Source of the DNA: a virus
DNA: 64,000 bases
IMG/VR virus record: IMGVR_UViG_3300025122_005335
Span: 16,051 to 80,050 of that record
Strand: one strand, 5' to 3'
Shown here: positions 1 to 8,792 of the stretch, piece after piece
Layout of the letters: every line of letters begins with the position of its first letter
How positions within the stretch are numbered: position 1 is the first letter of the stretch
Program-made: the position numbers and the translations under genes
The notes under the pieces: generated by a model
What the model was told of the DNA's origin: nothing
The model's input: the letters and a program-made list of their open reading frames with translations, nothing else
Databases searched by the model: none

Positions 1-106
1 CTAACTCAGATACGTCTTCTTTTAAGAATTTAGGAGTGGGGATAACTAGAATAAATTTATCCTTTCTTTCCTTGTTAAAAGGAGACTGGTTATAGTTCAC
101 AGGCAT
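1..106 (-). CDS. 5' part of a late gene running off the window (MPVNYNQSPFNKERKDKFILVIPTPKFLKEDVSEL...), possibly a tail completion/tube-like structural protein
   Basis: ATG at 106 on the minus strand, open to position 1, with TAAATA 6 nt upstream; directly downstream of terminase. Function is a guess from context. Confidence 0.45.
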   Translation of the reverse strand, partial: MPVNYNQSPFNKERKDKFILVIPTPKFLKEDVSEL

Positions 107-111
107 TAATA

Positions 112-1854
112 CTATTTATTCAACCCTAAATCACTAATAGGGGCATAAGATCTTTGCGTTTGGAAATCACCAGCATTAACCCAACCACGCGATTTCATAA
201 CTCCTAGCTCGGCGTTATTTTCCATATCAAATTTTTCATTAAAAACCACTGTATCCAATTCTGCTTCTTCTATGTTTTCACTTAACCAGTTTTTTTGTAA
301 TGGTGTATGGATACCATAATCATATCTTTTTAATTCAGCTGGTCTTCCATTATCATCTTGTCGTAATACTTCATAATATCTTTGTACTACTTCGTTGTCT
401 AATACCATTAATGCCCAACCTAAAGCCATTACCCTATCATCTAGCATATTAATACCCGGTTTGGCGGCCCATTTACCATTTGGATATTTTACGAAGTTTT
501 TAATTTCAATAAGCGTTTCAATCTCTCTAATATTAACCGCTTTTAATTCATTTACAAAATATCTCATATTTGTAATACATCTATATTTTGTATTTGTATG
601 TGCTAAAACACCGACTTTATTATTTTTTATTTTTCCTTGATTCACCCCGTATGTTACAACATTGGCATAACGTAAATTAAAATATAATTGTTCGACAACT
701 TGAGCACCACAGTTATTTCTTTCTATTAAAGCAGGTGGTGAACCCCATTGTAATAAAATTTCGTATAATTTTTGTGTGAAATGAAAAGGGTTAATTTCAG
801 TACTATGATATACGGCTACTTGTTCTATATTTGTTAGGTCTTTTAAATCTAGTATTTGTATAACACTGGCATTTTGTCCTAATCCTTCAGCAATATCAAC
901 ACCAACAACATATATACCATGGTCATCTGGTTCTCTCCATATTCTGTAATGTTCTTCTTCCATGATAATTTTAGGCTTTACACAATTAATTTTTAAAAAT
1001 TCAAAAATTTCTTCATTAATTGCCATTTCCCCTGTTGATAAAAATTCACAACCAAATTCTTGATCGAAAGCTTCTTGGCTTCCAATTGTACGCATTGTTT
1101 CAATTTGCCATTTTTCGTCTCTACCGGGGATTTCATTCCATAGAATTCTATCAAACCCCCAACCATTAGTTTCTTCTATAGCACCATTCCATATTTTGTA
1201 AAAAAGATTATCTGTTCCATTAGCAGTTGATGCTATAAAAACTTTTGATTTTTTAGAAGAAGAAATTACAGGGTAAACAGATTTCCAAAAAGATTCAACT
1301 AAGTGAGGTTCAATAAATGCCAACTCATCAAGAACTAATACGTTAATAGATTGACCACGTGCTGCTGTTCCAGTGGTGGTGCTGATACCAATTGTTGTAC
1401 CATTTGTAAATTTTAAAGATTCTTTACCATATTCACTTACACCGGGTTTTAACCAGTTTGGTAGCTCTTCGTATGCCATTCTTATTCTAGAAAATATTTC
1501 TTTTGCAGTACCTTCTTTATTAGCTACAATTAATATACGTTGATCATTATTAAAACAAGCATGCCATAAAGTATAAATTGTCATCATTGTGGTTTTACCA
1601 ATTTGTCGTGATGCTAATAATATAAAGAAGCGATTATCTCTCATCTTTCTTAAAGATCGTTTCTGGCATGAGTGTAAACTTATTTTTTCTCGTCCTCTAT
1701 CTAAGTTTACTATGTAAAAGAAGTTTTCAGCAAAATAAAGCAAATTTTGTGTTGCTTTTTTGAGCTCTTTTAACATCTTCGGCGTCCATTCGAATTTTGA
1801 ATTTTCAGTAGGGAGGTTAGGGTTGCCTAGATAGTAATCTCTTTTATTTTCCAT
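112..1854 (-). CDS. terL: terminase large subunit (T4 gp17-like)
   Basis: Walker A ASRQIGKTT, Walker B VLVLDELAF, coupling motif ASTANG, RNase H-like nuclease GVDIAEG...DDRVMA, N-terminal YLGNPNL. Confidence 0.97.
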   Translation of the reverse strand: MENKRDYYLGNPNLPTENSKFEWTPKMLKELKKATQNLLYFAENFFYIVNLDRGREKISLHSCQKRSLRKMRDNRFFILLASRQIGKTTMMTIYTLWHACFNNDQRILIVANKEGTAKEIFSRIRMAYEELPNWLKPGVSEYGKESLKFTNGTTIGISTTTGTAARGQSINVLVLDELAFIEPHLVESFWKSVYPVISSSKKSKVFIASTANGTDNLFYKIWNGAIEETNGWGFDRILWNEIPGRDEKWQIETMRTIGSQEAFDQEFGCEFLSTGEMAINEEIFEFLKINCVKPKIIMEEEHYRIWREPDDHGIYVVGVDIAEGLGQNASVIQILDLKDLTNIEQVAVYHSTEINPFHFTQKLYEILLQWGSPPALIERNNCGAQVVEQLYFNLRYANVVTYGVNQGKIKNNKVGVLAHTNTKYRCITNMRYFVNELKAVNIREIETLIEIKNFVKYPNGKWAAKPGINMLDDRVMALGWALMVLDNEVVQRYYEVLRQDDNGRPAELKRYDYGIHTPLQKNWLSENIEEAELDTVVFNEKFDMENNAELGVMKSRGWVNAGDFQTQRSYAPISDLGLNK

Positions 1855-1862
1855 TACACCAT

Positions 1863-1887
1863 TATTTAAACCAGTATCGTATAAATA
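1863..1887. promoter_or_regulatory. divergent T4-type late promoters (TAAATA on - for terL; TATAAATA on + for ORF 1893)
   Basis: tattta at 1863-1868 and tataaata at 1880-1887, 8 and 5 nt from the respective ATGs; gp55 is encoded in the window. Confidence 0.8.
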
Positions 1888-1892
1888 TAAAC

Positions 1893-3176
1893 ATGAACGC
1901 AGGGAAAAATCGTAAAAGAGATTTAGAACTTTTAAGTGAGGTGTATTCAGAAGCTATGGGTTACGCCGGTGGCCGTGGATCTGTTAATACTCAACCAGGT
2001 GCGGGTGGTACCGGAGATTACGATGATAGCACAGGGCAGATTACACAACGTGCTGAAGACCAAAACCCTTTAGAAAATCCGTTTGGAGAGAGTGAGGAGA
2101 CATACGAAGGTGAAGAAGAGAGCCAACAACGAAGAGCTGCGAGGCAATTGGAAGACGAGGGTTATACCGGAGGCAGGGCAGACAATAAAGGCAATTTGAT
2201 ATATAATAAAGGCACTTCGCATGCTCGAGTAGATACAGATGGGCAAATTAACGGCCAACCAGCGCAAGAGTTTTTTAGAGGAACCGGTACAGAAGATGCA
2301 GAAGATTTTGGAAGCCCTAATTCAAATAGATCAGGTTGGGGAAGTGATGCTTTTTCACACCCGGGTAGCAATGAGACAACTGATGAAGATGAAGGGGGAA
2401 TAATGGGTATAGATGATTGTGAAGATGAACCAGGTAAAATAGATGTAGTTATAAACCCAGCATCAGCGCACGGTATAAGAGATATTCTTAAAAATATTTT
2501 TAGTAAGGATGATGAAGATCAAGAAGATGATGATTGGATGGATGAGGAACCACCGGGGCTCAAATACGGCGTCGGTTCTGAAGAACCGGAAGGAATGAAG
2601 CATTATGATGATGCTGCACAAGCTCATAAAGCAGATGAAAGAGAAAATAGAAAAAATCTTCGCGCTCAAAATAGAATTGCTAAAAAATATGGTTTTAATC
2701 CTGACGAAAATGCTGAAGATACAGACGAATATGATACAAATCTTTTTAAACATCTTGATAAACGAAATACAGATGAGGCTGAGAAACAAGGTTTTGATCC
2801 AGGTTTAAAGAATGTTCGTCATAGTGATGAAGATGAAGTTGATCGAGAGGGAAGATATAAAGAACGTTGGGGTAAAGATCTAGACGACGAAAAAGATCGC
2901 GAAGGTAGTTCAAACGCTGGTGAATATACAAACGTAGATAAAGACGAATTTTGTGGACCATCTGGTGGTGCCGCAGATGGGACATACCCTGTTAATACAA
3001 GAAAAAGAGCAGAAGCTGCTAAACGGTTAGCGCATAATGCGCCAGACCCAGATGGAATAAAAAGATGCGCTGATAGAGCATTAGCTAAAGATTCTTATTA
3101 TTCTTCTAAAGGTGATAGAGCAATGACTCAAATAACTGAATCATATGAGCAAGTTTTAAAAAATGGCTTACTATAA
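1893..3176 (+). CDS. acidic low-complexity modular protein, probable internal head protein/polyprotein
   Basis: D/E/G-rich; repeated EDAE/EDQE/ENAE-type linkers; N-terminus MNAGKNRKRDL shared with ORF 3656; late promoter. Confidence 0.6.
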   Translation: MNAGKNRKRDLELLSEVYSEAMGYAGGRGSVNTQPGAGGTGDYDDSTGQITQRAEDQNPLENPFGESEETYEGEEESQQRRAARQLEDEGYTGGRADNKGNLIYNKGTSHARVDTDGQINGQPAQEFFRGTGTEDAEDFGSPNSNRSGWGSDAFSHPGSNETTDEDEGGIMGIDDCEDEPGKIDVVINPASAHGIRDILKNIFSKDDEDQEDDDWMDEEPPGLKYGVGSEEPEGMKHYDDAAQAHKADERENRKNLRAQNRIAKKYGFNPDENAEDTDEYDTNLFKHLDKRNTDEAEKQGFDPGLKNVRHSDEDEVDREGRYKERWGKDLDDEKDREGSSNAGEYTNVDKDEFCGPSGGAADGTYPVNTRKRAEAAKRLAHNAPDPDGIKRCADRALAKDSYYSSKGDRAMTQITESYEQVLKNGLL

Positions 3177-3645
3177 ATCAAAAGGTGATAGAACAATGAC
3201 CGACTTATGCGAAGCATATAGTCAAATAGTCGGTGAGCGAGAAATTGTAAACGAAAGAACGATAGCATCTTATGAAGGTGGTACCGAACGTCCGGTAGTT
3301 CAAGAAGTTCTTGGTGCTTTAGCTGGTGCTGCTGCTACAGGTGCTGCTTCAGCTTTAGGTGGTAAGGCCATGGATGCTATTACAGGAAATGAAGACCAAG
3401 AAGGCCCAGTGCAAGACTTTGAAGTTGGTTCATTTGTTAAGATTGATGATAGTCAAGGCGGTGGTTCAGGTGAGATAGTTGACATTTCAACAACAGAACC
3501 GGAGATGTATTGGATAGAAACAGATGACGATTCAACAAATGTTAGAGTACATAGAGATTTTCTAACGATTTCAAAAACAATTGCCGATGAAACGCGTCCA
3601 GAAGATGAACCCGGTCAATGGACCGCCGGAAGAACAGGACTATAA
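3163..3645 (+). CDS. hypothetical late protein with a possible SH3/KOW-like C-terminal domain
   Basis: N-terminus YYKSKGDRTMTDLCEAY repeats the C-terminus of ORF 1893; FEVGSFVKI...GSGEIVDI...YWIETDD...VRVHRDFL resembles an SH3/KOW barrel. Confidence 0.55.
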   Translation: MAYYKSKGDRTMTDLCEAYSQIVGEREIVNERTIASYEGGTERPVVQEVLGALAGAAATGAASALGGKAMDAITGNEDQEGPVQDFEVGSFVKIDDSQGGGSGEIVDISTTEPEMYWIETDDDSTNVRVHRDFLTISKTIADETRPEDEPGQWTAGRTGL

Positions 3646-3648
3646 ATA
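3641..3648 (+). promoter_or_regulatory. late promoter TATAAATA
   Basis: exact T4 late consensus 7 nt upstream of ATG 3656. Confidence 0.8.
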
Positions 3649-3655
3649 AAATTTT

Positions 3656-4756
3656 ATGAACGCAGGAAAAAATAGAAAAAGAGACCTAACTCAAATAGAA
3701 GAGGCTTATGAGGCTGTTGTAGGTAACCCCCCTGGTAAAGCTGCACACAAGCAGCAACTTAAGCCGGGTAAACCTATTAACAGAACATATGAACGCGCCG
3801 GTAAAAAAGTTAAGGTAAAGGGTGGTAACACTGACATACCTGCTGAAAAACCGGATGGTTATCAAGGATTTGTCCATGACAACTCAGGACCTAACGGTGC
3901 AGACAATTTTAAAAGCACAGAATTAGATCCCGACAACCCAAAAGTTAAGTTAGATAACGAGTATGATGTTACAGAGTTATCAGATGAAGGTGCTGATCTT
4001 TATTTTAAGTCTGAAAATGAAAAAATTAACAAAGAGAGTATAAATACTAATATGGCTAAGAAAAGATCTATTTTTGACCGTTTATACGAAGAAGTTATTG
4101 ATGATGAGCAGATCGATGCTGTAGAATTAGGTATTGATACAGATGTTGTTGATGATGTTGACGTTGAAGACGAAGACACAGTTACTATAACAATTCCGAA
4201 AGAACTTGCACATCATTTACATGACGCATTAATGGACGTTATGGACGCTGCTGATGATATCGAAGATGTCGAGGATGACCTCGGTGACGAAGATGATTGG
4301 GACGGCGATGAGGATGCAGAAGAAACTGCGAATCAGAAGACCTATGGTGGTAACAAGGGTGATGATCCACGACACTTTGATCGTAAAACAGGTCGTAAGA
4401 CCCAAGATAAAGATTACGAGGGTGAAGAGGAAGAAGAAAATTTCAATTACTTTGGTGAAGAGATCGAAGCCGAGATTCTTGGAACACCTTTAGTCAATCA
4501 GAAGGAAGGTAACCCAACACCAGTAACTGGTAGCGCCAACGTTGTTCACACTCAGTATACATCCAAAGTCGGAAGTAAAGAGGGTGACGGCAAAAGCGGT
4601 ATTAAATTAGATCCTGAAGGTACTGATGAAGGAACACCTTTAGTTAACCAGAAGAAGGGTAACGCAATGTCAGTAAAAGGAAAATCTAATGTTGTTAAGA
4701 GCAAGATTAAGGGTGGCGGTAAAGGCGACCAAGAGTTCTTTCAGAAGAACAGCTAA
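3656..4756 (+). CDS. acidic modular protein, probable prohead core/internal head protein
   Basis: N-terminus shared with ORF 1893, very acidic centre, duplicated GTPLVNQKxGN repeat, late promoter, followed by a terminator. Confidence 0.6.
   Translation: MNAGKNRKRDLTQIEEAYEAVVGNPPGKAAHKQQLKPGKPINRTYERAGKKVKVKGGNTDIPAEKPDGYQGFVHDNSGPNGADNFKSTELDPDNPKVKLDNEYDVTELSDEGADLYFKSENEKINKESINTNMAKKRSIFDRLYEEVIDDEQIDAVELGIDTDVVDDVDVEDEDTVTITIPKELAHHLHDALMDVMDAADDIEDVEDDLGDEDDWDGDEDAEETANQKTYGGNKGDDPRHFDRKTGRKTQDKDYEGEEEEENFNYFGEEIEAEILGTPLVNQKEGNPTPVTGSANVVHTQYTSKVGSKEGDGKSGIKLDPEGTDEGTPLVNQKKGNAMSVKGKSNVVKSKIKGGGKGDQEFFQKNS
4039..4046 (+). promoter_or_regulatory. internal late promoter TATAAATA with in-frame ATG at 4052
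   Basis: exact consensus, 5 nt spacer, ATG in frame with 3656. Confidence 0.65.
4481..4663 (+). repeat. imperfect direct repeat (ggaacacctttagtYaaYcagaag...ggtaac) at 4481 and 4631 encoding GTPLVNQKxGN
   Basis: visible at DNA and protein level, 150 nt apart. Confidence 0.85.
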
Positions 4757-4775
4757 TAAAAAATAGATATATTCT

Positions 4776-4801
4776 AAAGCCCCCGAAGGGGGCTTTTTTT
4801 T
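4776..4801 (+). terminator. intrinsic terminator
   Basis: aaagccccc-gaa-gggggcttt hairpin followed by a T run. Confidence 0.9.
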
Positions 4802-4815
4802 GCTTAAATATTAAC

Positions 4816-5232
4816 GTGAGCTTTGTTAAGTTTTTTACTGAAGGTGATGTTTCGAATTTTTGGTCACGAAAACCTAATACTGTGCGGAAATCCCCGGAGT
4901 GGTATCATCGAAATCGATATAATCTTGCTTCTACACAAAGTAGAGAACAGAAAGACGTGGTAGATGACCCAGCTAATAGAAAACATGCTCGAACAGTACC
5001 CGAATACAAGACAGAAAACATGAGTTTACCGGATGCCTATAAAGCTATAAAGAGTCAAGGTGGTCCAAAATCGATTCCAATAGGGTATTCAAATGTACGT
5101 CAATTAATGCAAAGATTTGGTATAAATCCCAGAAAGGTTATGGTTGGTAAGCCTGTGAGATTAAAAAATACAGGTGTTGCAATTGATTATAGACCAAACA
5201 ATACGTTTCATTTAGTAAGAACAGGAAGATAA
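4816..5232 (+). CDS. hypothetical basic late protein with capsid-targeting-like N-terminus (MSFVKFFTE)
   Basis: GTG start 5 nt after TAAATA (4805-4810). Confidence 0.6.
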   Translation: MSFVKFFTEGDVSNFWSRKPNTVRKSPEWYHRNRYNLASTQSREQKDVVDDPANRKHARTVPEYKTENMSLPDAYKAIKSQGGPKSIPIGYSNVRQLMQRFGINPRKVMVGKPVRLKNTGVAIDYRPNNTFHLVRTGR

Positions 5233-6119
5233 TGGCTATTAATATGGACAGATATAAGGGTATTAACCAAATTATGCCCAAATTTTTGCCTGGTGTACCT
5301 ACTCCCGATCCTAGTGAGCCGGGTTCTATATACCCGGGTCCAAAACCATATAATCAATGTTTTAGATTTACTAATAAAGCAAATAATGCATGTGAAAGAA
5401 TTGTTATTGACAATTGGTGGGAAGAAATAATTGCATTATTTGGTCAAATTGTAACGTATTGGCAGAACCCTTATCAGACATTATCTGCTGATGGTCTCCC
5501 TAAGGGAGCTATTAACTTAGAGGGTGGTGGCCCTGGTAATATATATGGTGAAGAACCTACTAAGATCTTTAAAGATCCTAAGAACATAATTATAGCAGTT
5601 GAACTAAATGAAAATGCAGTAGTTTTACAAAAATATGGTTTTGATTCTGATGATGAATTAACAGCTTATGTACATATTAGTGCATTTTATAATGAATTTG
5701 GCTGGTTACAAGAACCTAAAGCAGGTGATGTGTTTGAATTAACAGAATATGGAGATGACAGACCTTATCCTCGAACTGGTAAGAAATTTGAAATAACTGA
5801 AAGACTGGACGAAGACGTTGCTAGGATAAATCCATTAGCAGGTCATTATGTGTGGATGATAAAAGCTAAACGTTATGATTATAGTTTTGAGCCTGGGTTG
5901 AGTGCTGAAGGTGGTAGCCAACAAGTGTACGATGATAAATTTTCTGGTCGTTTGGCTGACGGAGAGAACCCAAGATCATCACCTAAGAGTTATGAAGGTG
6001 ATCTTGAACAACTATCTAAAGCCATATTTGATTATTCTGGTTTCGATTATGACGACGTTTATGGGGGATATGGTAATACTGAAAATCCTGAGTCGGGGCC
6101 GTTCGGGCCTGGCTCTTAA
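5232..6119 (+). CDS. neck/head-completion protein (T4 gp14-like)
   Basis: LQKYGFDSDDELTAY...EPKAGDVF...FEITE...HYVWMIKAKRYDYS pattern typical of gp14. Confidence 0.8.
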   Translation: MAINMDRYKGINQIMPKFLPGVPTPDPSEPGSIYPGPKPYNQCFRFTNKANNACERIVIDNWWEEIIALFGQIVTYWQNPYQTLSADGLPKGAINLEGGGPGNIYGEEPTKIFKDPKNIIIAVELNENAVVLQKYGFDSDDELTAYVHISAFYNEFGWLQEPKAGDVFELTEYGDDRPYPRTGKKFEITERLDEDVARINPLAGHYVWMIKAKRYDYSFEPGLSAEGGSQQVYDDKFSGRLADGENPRSSPKSYEGDLEQLSKAIFDYSGFDYDDVYGGYGNTENPESGPFGPGS

Positions 6120-6427
6120 CTTCTAGATCGTTCATAGAAACTAGAATAATCTGGAAGCGCTTCTCCTTTAATTTTTGCAATAAACTCGTCTGCTTCACGA
6201 CAACTTTCAAACTCTTCTACTACTATAGAACCATCACTACCTTTAAACGTGTAATTTACGCTTTTGTCTTGCTTTTTTATAAAAGATAAAGTGTATACCA
6301 CTTCTTCCATTAACCCCCTAGTTGGGGCTCTTTTAGTCATTACTTGTTTCCCCGGAATAGTTGGTCCCCCTATTCGGACACCACCAGATCTGGGTATATG
6401 TATTACTGTATTAAGAATGTAATGCAT
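6116..6427 (-). CDS. hypothetical protein
   Basis: ORF in a coupled minus-strand operon. Confidence 0.6.
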   Translation of the reverse strand: MHYILNTVIHIPRSGGVRIGGPTIPGKQVMTKRAPTRGLMEEVVYTLSFIKKQDKSVNYTFKGSDGSIVVEEFESCREADEFIAKIKGEALPDYSSFYERSRS

Positions 6428-6692
6428 CTTCTTGATATATAAATTCTTTAACGTTTCTTGCTGGGATTTTTACATCTCCCATTTTGTAATTTAAATATAC
6501 CGATTCATACATTTCAGATATATAATTTTTAAAAGCTAATGGTTTTATCCATGAATTATTCTTATTGACATCCATTCCCAATTTTTCTGCTTTGGCGGAA
6601 ACATAATTAACTGCGTCAAATAAACATAACCACCTTGAAGTTTCTTCATCAGACATTTCATCAAGCATTTTTTTCTTTGATAATTGTTGCAT
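6411..6692 (-). CDS. hypothetical protein
   Basis: ORF overlapping its neighbours in the operon; start uncertain. Confidence 0.6.
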   Translation of the reverse strand: MQQLSKKKMLDEMSDEETSRWLCLFDAVNYVSAKAEKLGMDVNKNNSWIKPLAFKNYISEMYESVYLNYKMGDVKIPARNVKEFIYQEDALHS

Positions 6693-7047
6693 ACCCTTCT
6701 ATTATAGATGAAATCCGTCCAGCGTCAAATGTAAAATTACTTAATTTAGTATTTTTAATTGCGTTTTCTATTACTTGTATATTTAACTTTAAAATGTTAT
6801 GGTTGCTTTTTATATTTTTAGAATTTTGTTCCAAAATATCATCAAATATTGTACGAATTAAATTTTCTAGAATTTTGTCTTTGTTTTTGGCATCAAGAGT
6901 TGCTTTGGCTGCCATTATTCCTCTAGTGTAAGAATTCCTATACGGTGTATCTTCGTAACGTTCTTTCGTGGTTTCAACTGCTACTGGTGGAATTAGTGTA
7001 TTAGTTTGTTCGTTATATTCTAGTTTCTCGTTATTCATAGTCTTCAT
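6661..7047 (-). CDS. hypothetical protein
   Basis: ORF in operon. Confidence 0.6.
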   Translation of the reverse strand: MKTMNNEKLEYNEQTNTLIPPVAVETTKERYEDTPYRNSYTRGIMAAKATLDAKNKDKILENLIRTIFDDILEQNSKNIKSNHNILKLNIQVIENAIKNTKLSNFTFDAGRISSIIEGYATIIKEKNA

Positions 7048-7456
7048 TGGTTACAAAGTTGTGTTTTTCAAATGGGTCACCTTCTATAGGTGTTGTTTTT
7101 AGAAATGTCTTTGTACCTATATATATTTTTATACCAATGTTACATTTAGGGCATTCATATTCATTATCCTCTGATACAACTATAGGTACAAACGCGGGGG
7201 TATTACAAGTTTCCACAGGACAAATTACTTCCAACCCTTGTTTTGTAAATTCTTTTATACGTTCGTTCTCTAAAGTTCTAAACTCTACTTCCAATTTTGA
7301 TTTATTCCATCTAGTAAAAAGATCATATACAATAAACTGCAATAATATGGATAAACCAAAAACAGCCCAGAAGTTTAAACCTAAAAAATAGCAGCAACCA
7401 CCAATAAACGCACTAATAACAAATACTATAGTAAGGGATTTAACAATTTGTAACAC
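7031..7456 (-). CDS. membrane protein with two N-terminal TM helices and a C-terminal zinc ribbon
   Basis: hydrophobic residues ~5-45; CPVETC...CPKC; early promoter upstream. Confidence 0.65.
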   Translation of the reverse strand: MLQIVKSLTIVFVISAFIGGCCYFLGLNFWAVFGLSILLQFIVYDLFTRWNKSKLEVEFRTLENERIKEFTKQGLEVICPVETCNTPAFVPIVVSEDNEYECPKCNIGIKIYIGTKTFLKTTPIEGDPFEKHNFVTNEDYE

Positions 7457-7462
7457 GTAATT

Positions 7463-7490
7463 ATTATATGAAAATAATTCAAGATATCAA
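7463..7490 (-). promoter_or_regulatory. early promoter TTGATA-N16-TATAAT
   Basis: 6 nt upstream of GTG 7456. Confidence 0.75.
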
Positions 7491-7849
7491 CTTTGTTGAT
7501 CAATGTTTCTTGTGTAACCAGCTTCTTTTCCGAGCTTACTTATATACTGTCTAGACACCCCTAAATCTCTTGCAATATCAGTATATTTTTCACCTGATTC
7601 AATTCTTCTCATTATATTCTCGATTTTTTCTGGATTAACTGCACCCGGGCGTCGACCTCTTGGGTGGGTAACACCCTGGGAATCTGCTATTTTTTTGACA
7701 AGCCATGGTGATAAAAAGAAATCATTAGCTATTTTAGCAAATGTATCTCCACCAGCAATTCTAACATTAATAGCTTTTATTAAATCAGGTGACAATTTTT
7801 TTGAACCTAGCGGTCGTGCCATCTCATTAAAGTAAGTTACAAATGACAT
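7487..7849 (-). CDS. tandem helix-turn-helix DNA-binding protein with capsid-targeting-like N-terminus
   Basis: GDTFAKIANDFFLSPWLVKKI and GEKYTDIARDLGVSRQYISKL; N-terminus MSFVTYFNE. Confidence 0.8.
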   Translation of the reverse strand: MSFVTYFNEMARPLGSKKLSPDLIKAINVRIAGGDTFAKIANDFFLSPWLVKKIADSQGVTHPRGRRPGAVNPEKIENIMRRIESGEKYTDIARDLGVSRQYISKLGKEAGYTRNIDQQS

Positions 7850-8328
7850 TACTTAGGTAACTTGTTTATTGCTTGAGAACCACCAGCGTCTGGTGGAGCA
7901 GTTGGTGCACCAGTACTATTATCGTCTATTTCGGGACCTTCACTTTGATAAGGTTTCCTTTGAACTATAACATCTAAATTATTGGTCATAGACTCAATAA
8001 TATTTTTTATTTTTTTACATTTTTTAATAAACCCATCTAAACTTGCTGCAGCATTTTCGCTTTCAAAAACAACAGGATTTTGTTTTGTTTGCATTGCTTT
8101 TGCTTGCACGTTATCAGCAGCTAGATATAACCCGCCAAGATCTTCAACTATATGAGTTAAAGGAAAGGGTAACTGTAAGGGAGCTCTATCATTTTCATTT
8201 CTACCAGATGCTTGTAATAAATCTGCTACCGTGACATGAGAGGCTTTTTGTTCTCGAGTAGCAATACCTCTCACCCACTTATTATACATTTTTATTTGAT
8301 CTTCTTCTAAAAGTTTTTTACTACCCAT
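7849..8328 (-). CDS. hypothetical late protein
   Basis: TAAATA at 8334-8339 on the minus strand; N-terminus MGSKKLLEE. Confidence 0.6.
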   Translation of the reverse strand: MGSKKLLEEDQIKMYNKWVRGIATREQKASHVTVADLLQASGRNENDRAPLQLPFPLTHIVEDLGGLYLAADNVQAKAMQTKQNPVVFESENAAASLDGFIKKCKKIKNIIESMTNNLDVIVQRKPYQSEGPEIDDNSTGAPTAPPDAGGSQAINKLPK

Positions 8329-8360
8329 ATTAATATTTATAAAAAAGCATAAATATATAC

Positions 8361-8792
8361 ATGAGCTTTTTCGGTAAACATTTTGTTAGATTGTTAGAAC
8401 AAGAAGAAATAGAAGATACAGTAACAATTACTGACACAGAAGCTATGGAGACACAGTTAGATCCAGGCACAGAAGTAACAGATTATGAAGTGGATGCACC
8501 AACTCTAGACGGTGGTGAAATTACAGCACAGAGTAATGCAGCACAAGCCAGAGAATTAGTAGACATCATTGCCGCTATGGAAGAATTTACTAATTATCTT
8601 AATAGTGAAAAAGCTGATTCAGTTCAATCTCTCCTTCATGCAGCTAGTTGTGATACGCTTTTTAATAAAATTGCAGGTGCTGAAACTAAGAAGATAGCGA
8701 GAGTTGCAATGGAGTTAAGTTCACTAATTGAAAATCTTAAAGGGTATCTACATACTGTAGAAACAGGTCCAGGTGCCGGGCAAGCGCGTTAA
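8361..8792 (+). CDS. hypothetical acidic late protein
   Basis: TAAATA 8350-8355, 5 nt before ATG; N-terminus MSFFGKHFVRLLEQ. Confidence 0.6.
   Translation: MSFFGKHFVRLLEQEEIEDTVTITDTEAMETQLDPGTEVTDYEVDAPTLDGGEITAQSNAAQARELVDIIAAMEEFTNYLNSEKADSVQSLLHAASCDTLFNKIAGAETKKIARVAMELSSLIENLKGYLHTVETGPGAGQAR

Noticed and set aside
3154-3176. Possible programmed frameshift fusing ORF 1893 to ORF 3163 at T TTA AAA
   Set aside because: ORF 3163 is in the +1 frame, so a -1 slip would not join them; it has its own ATG and N-terminal motif.
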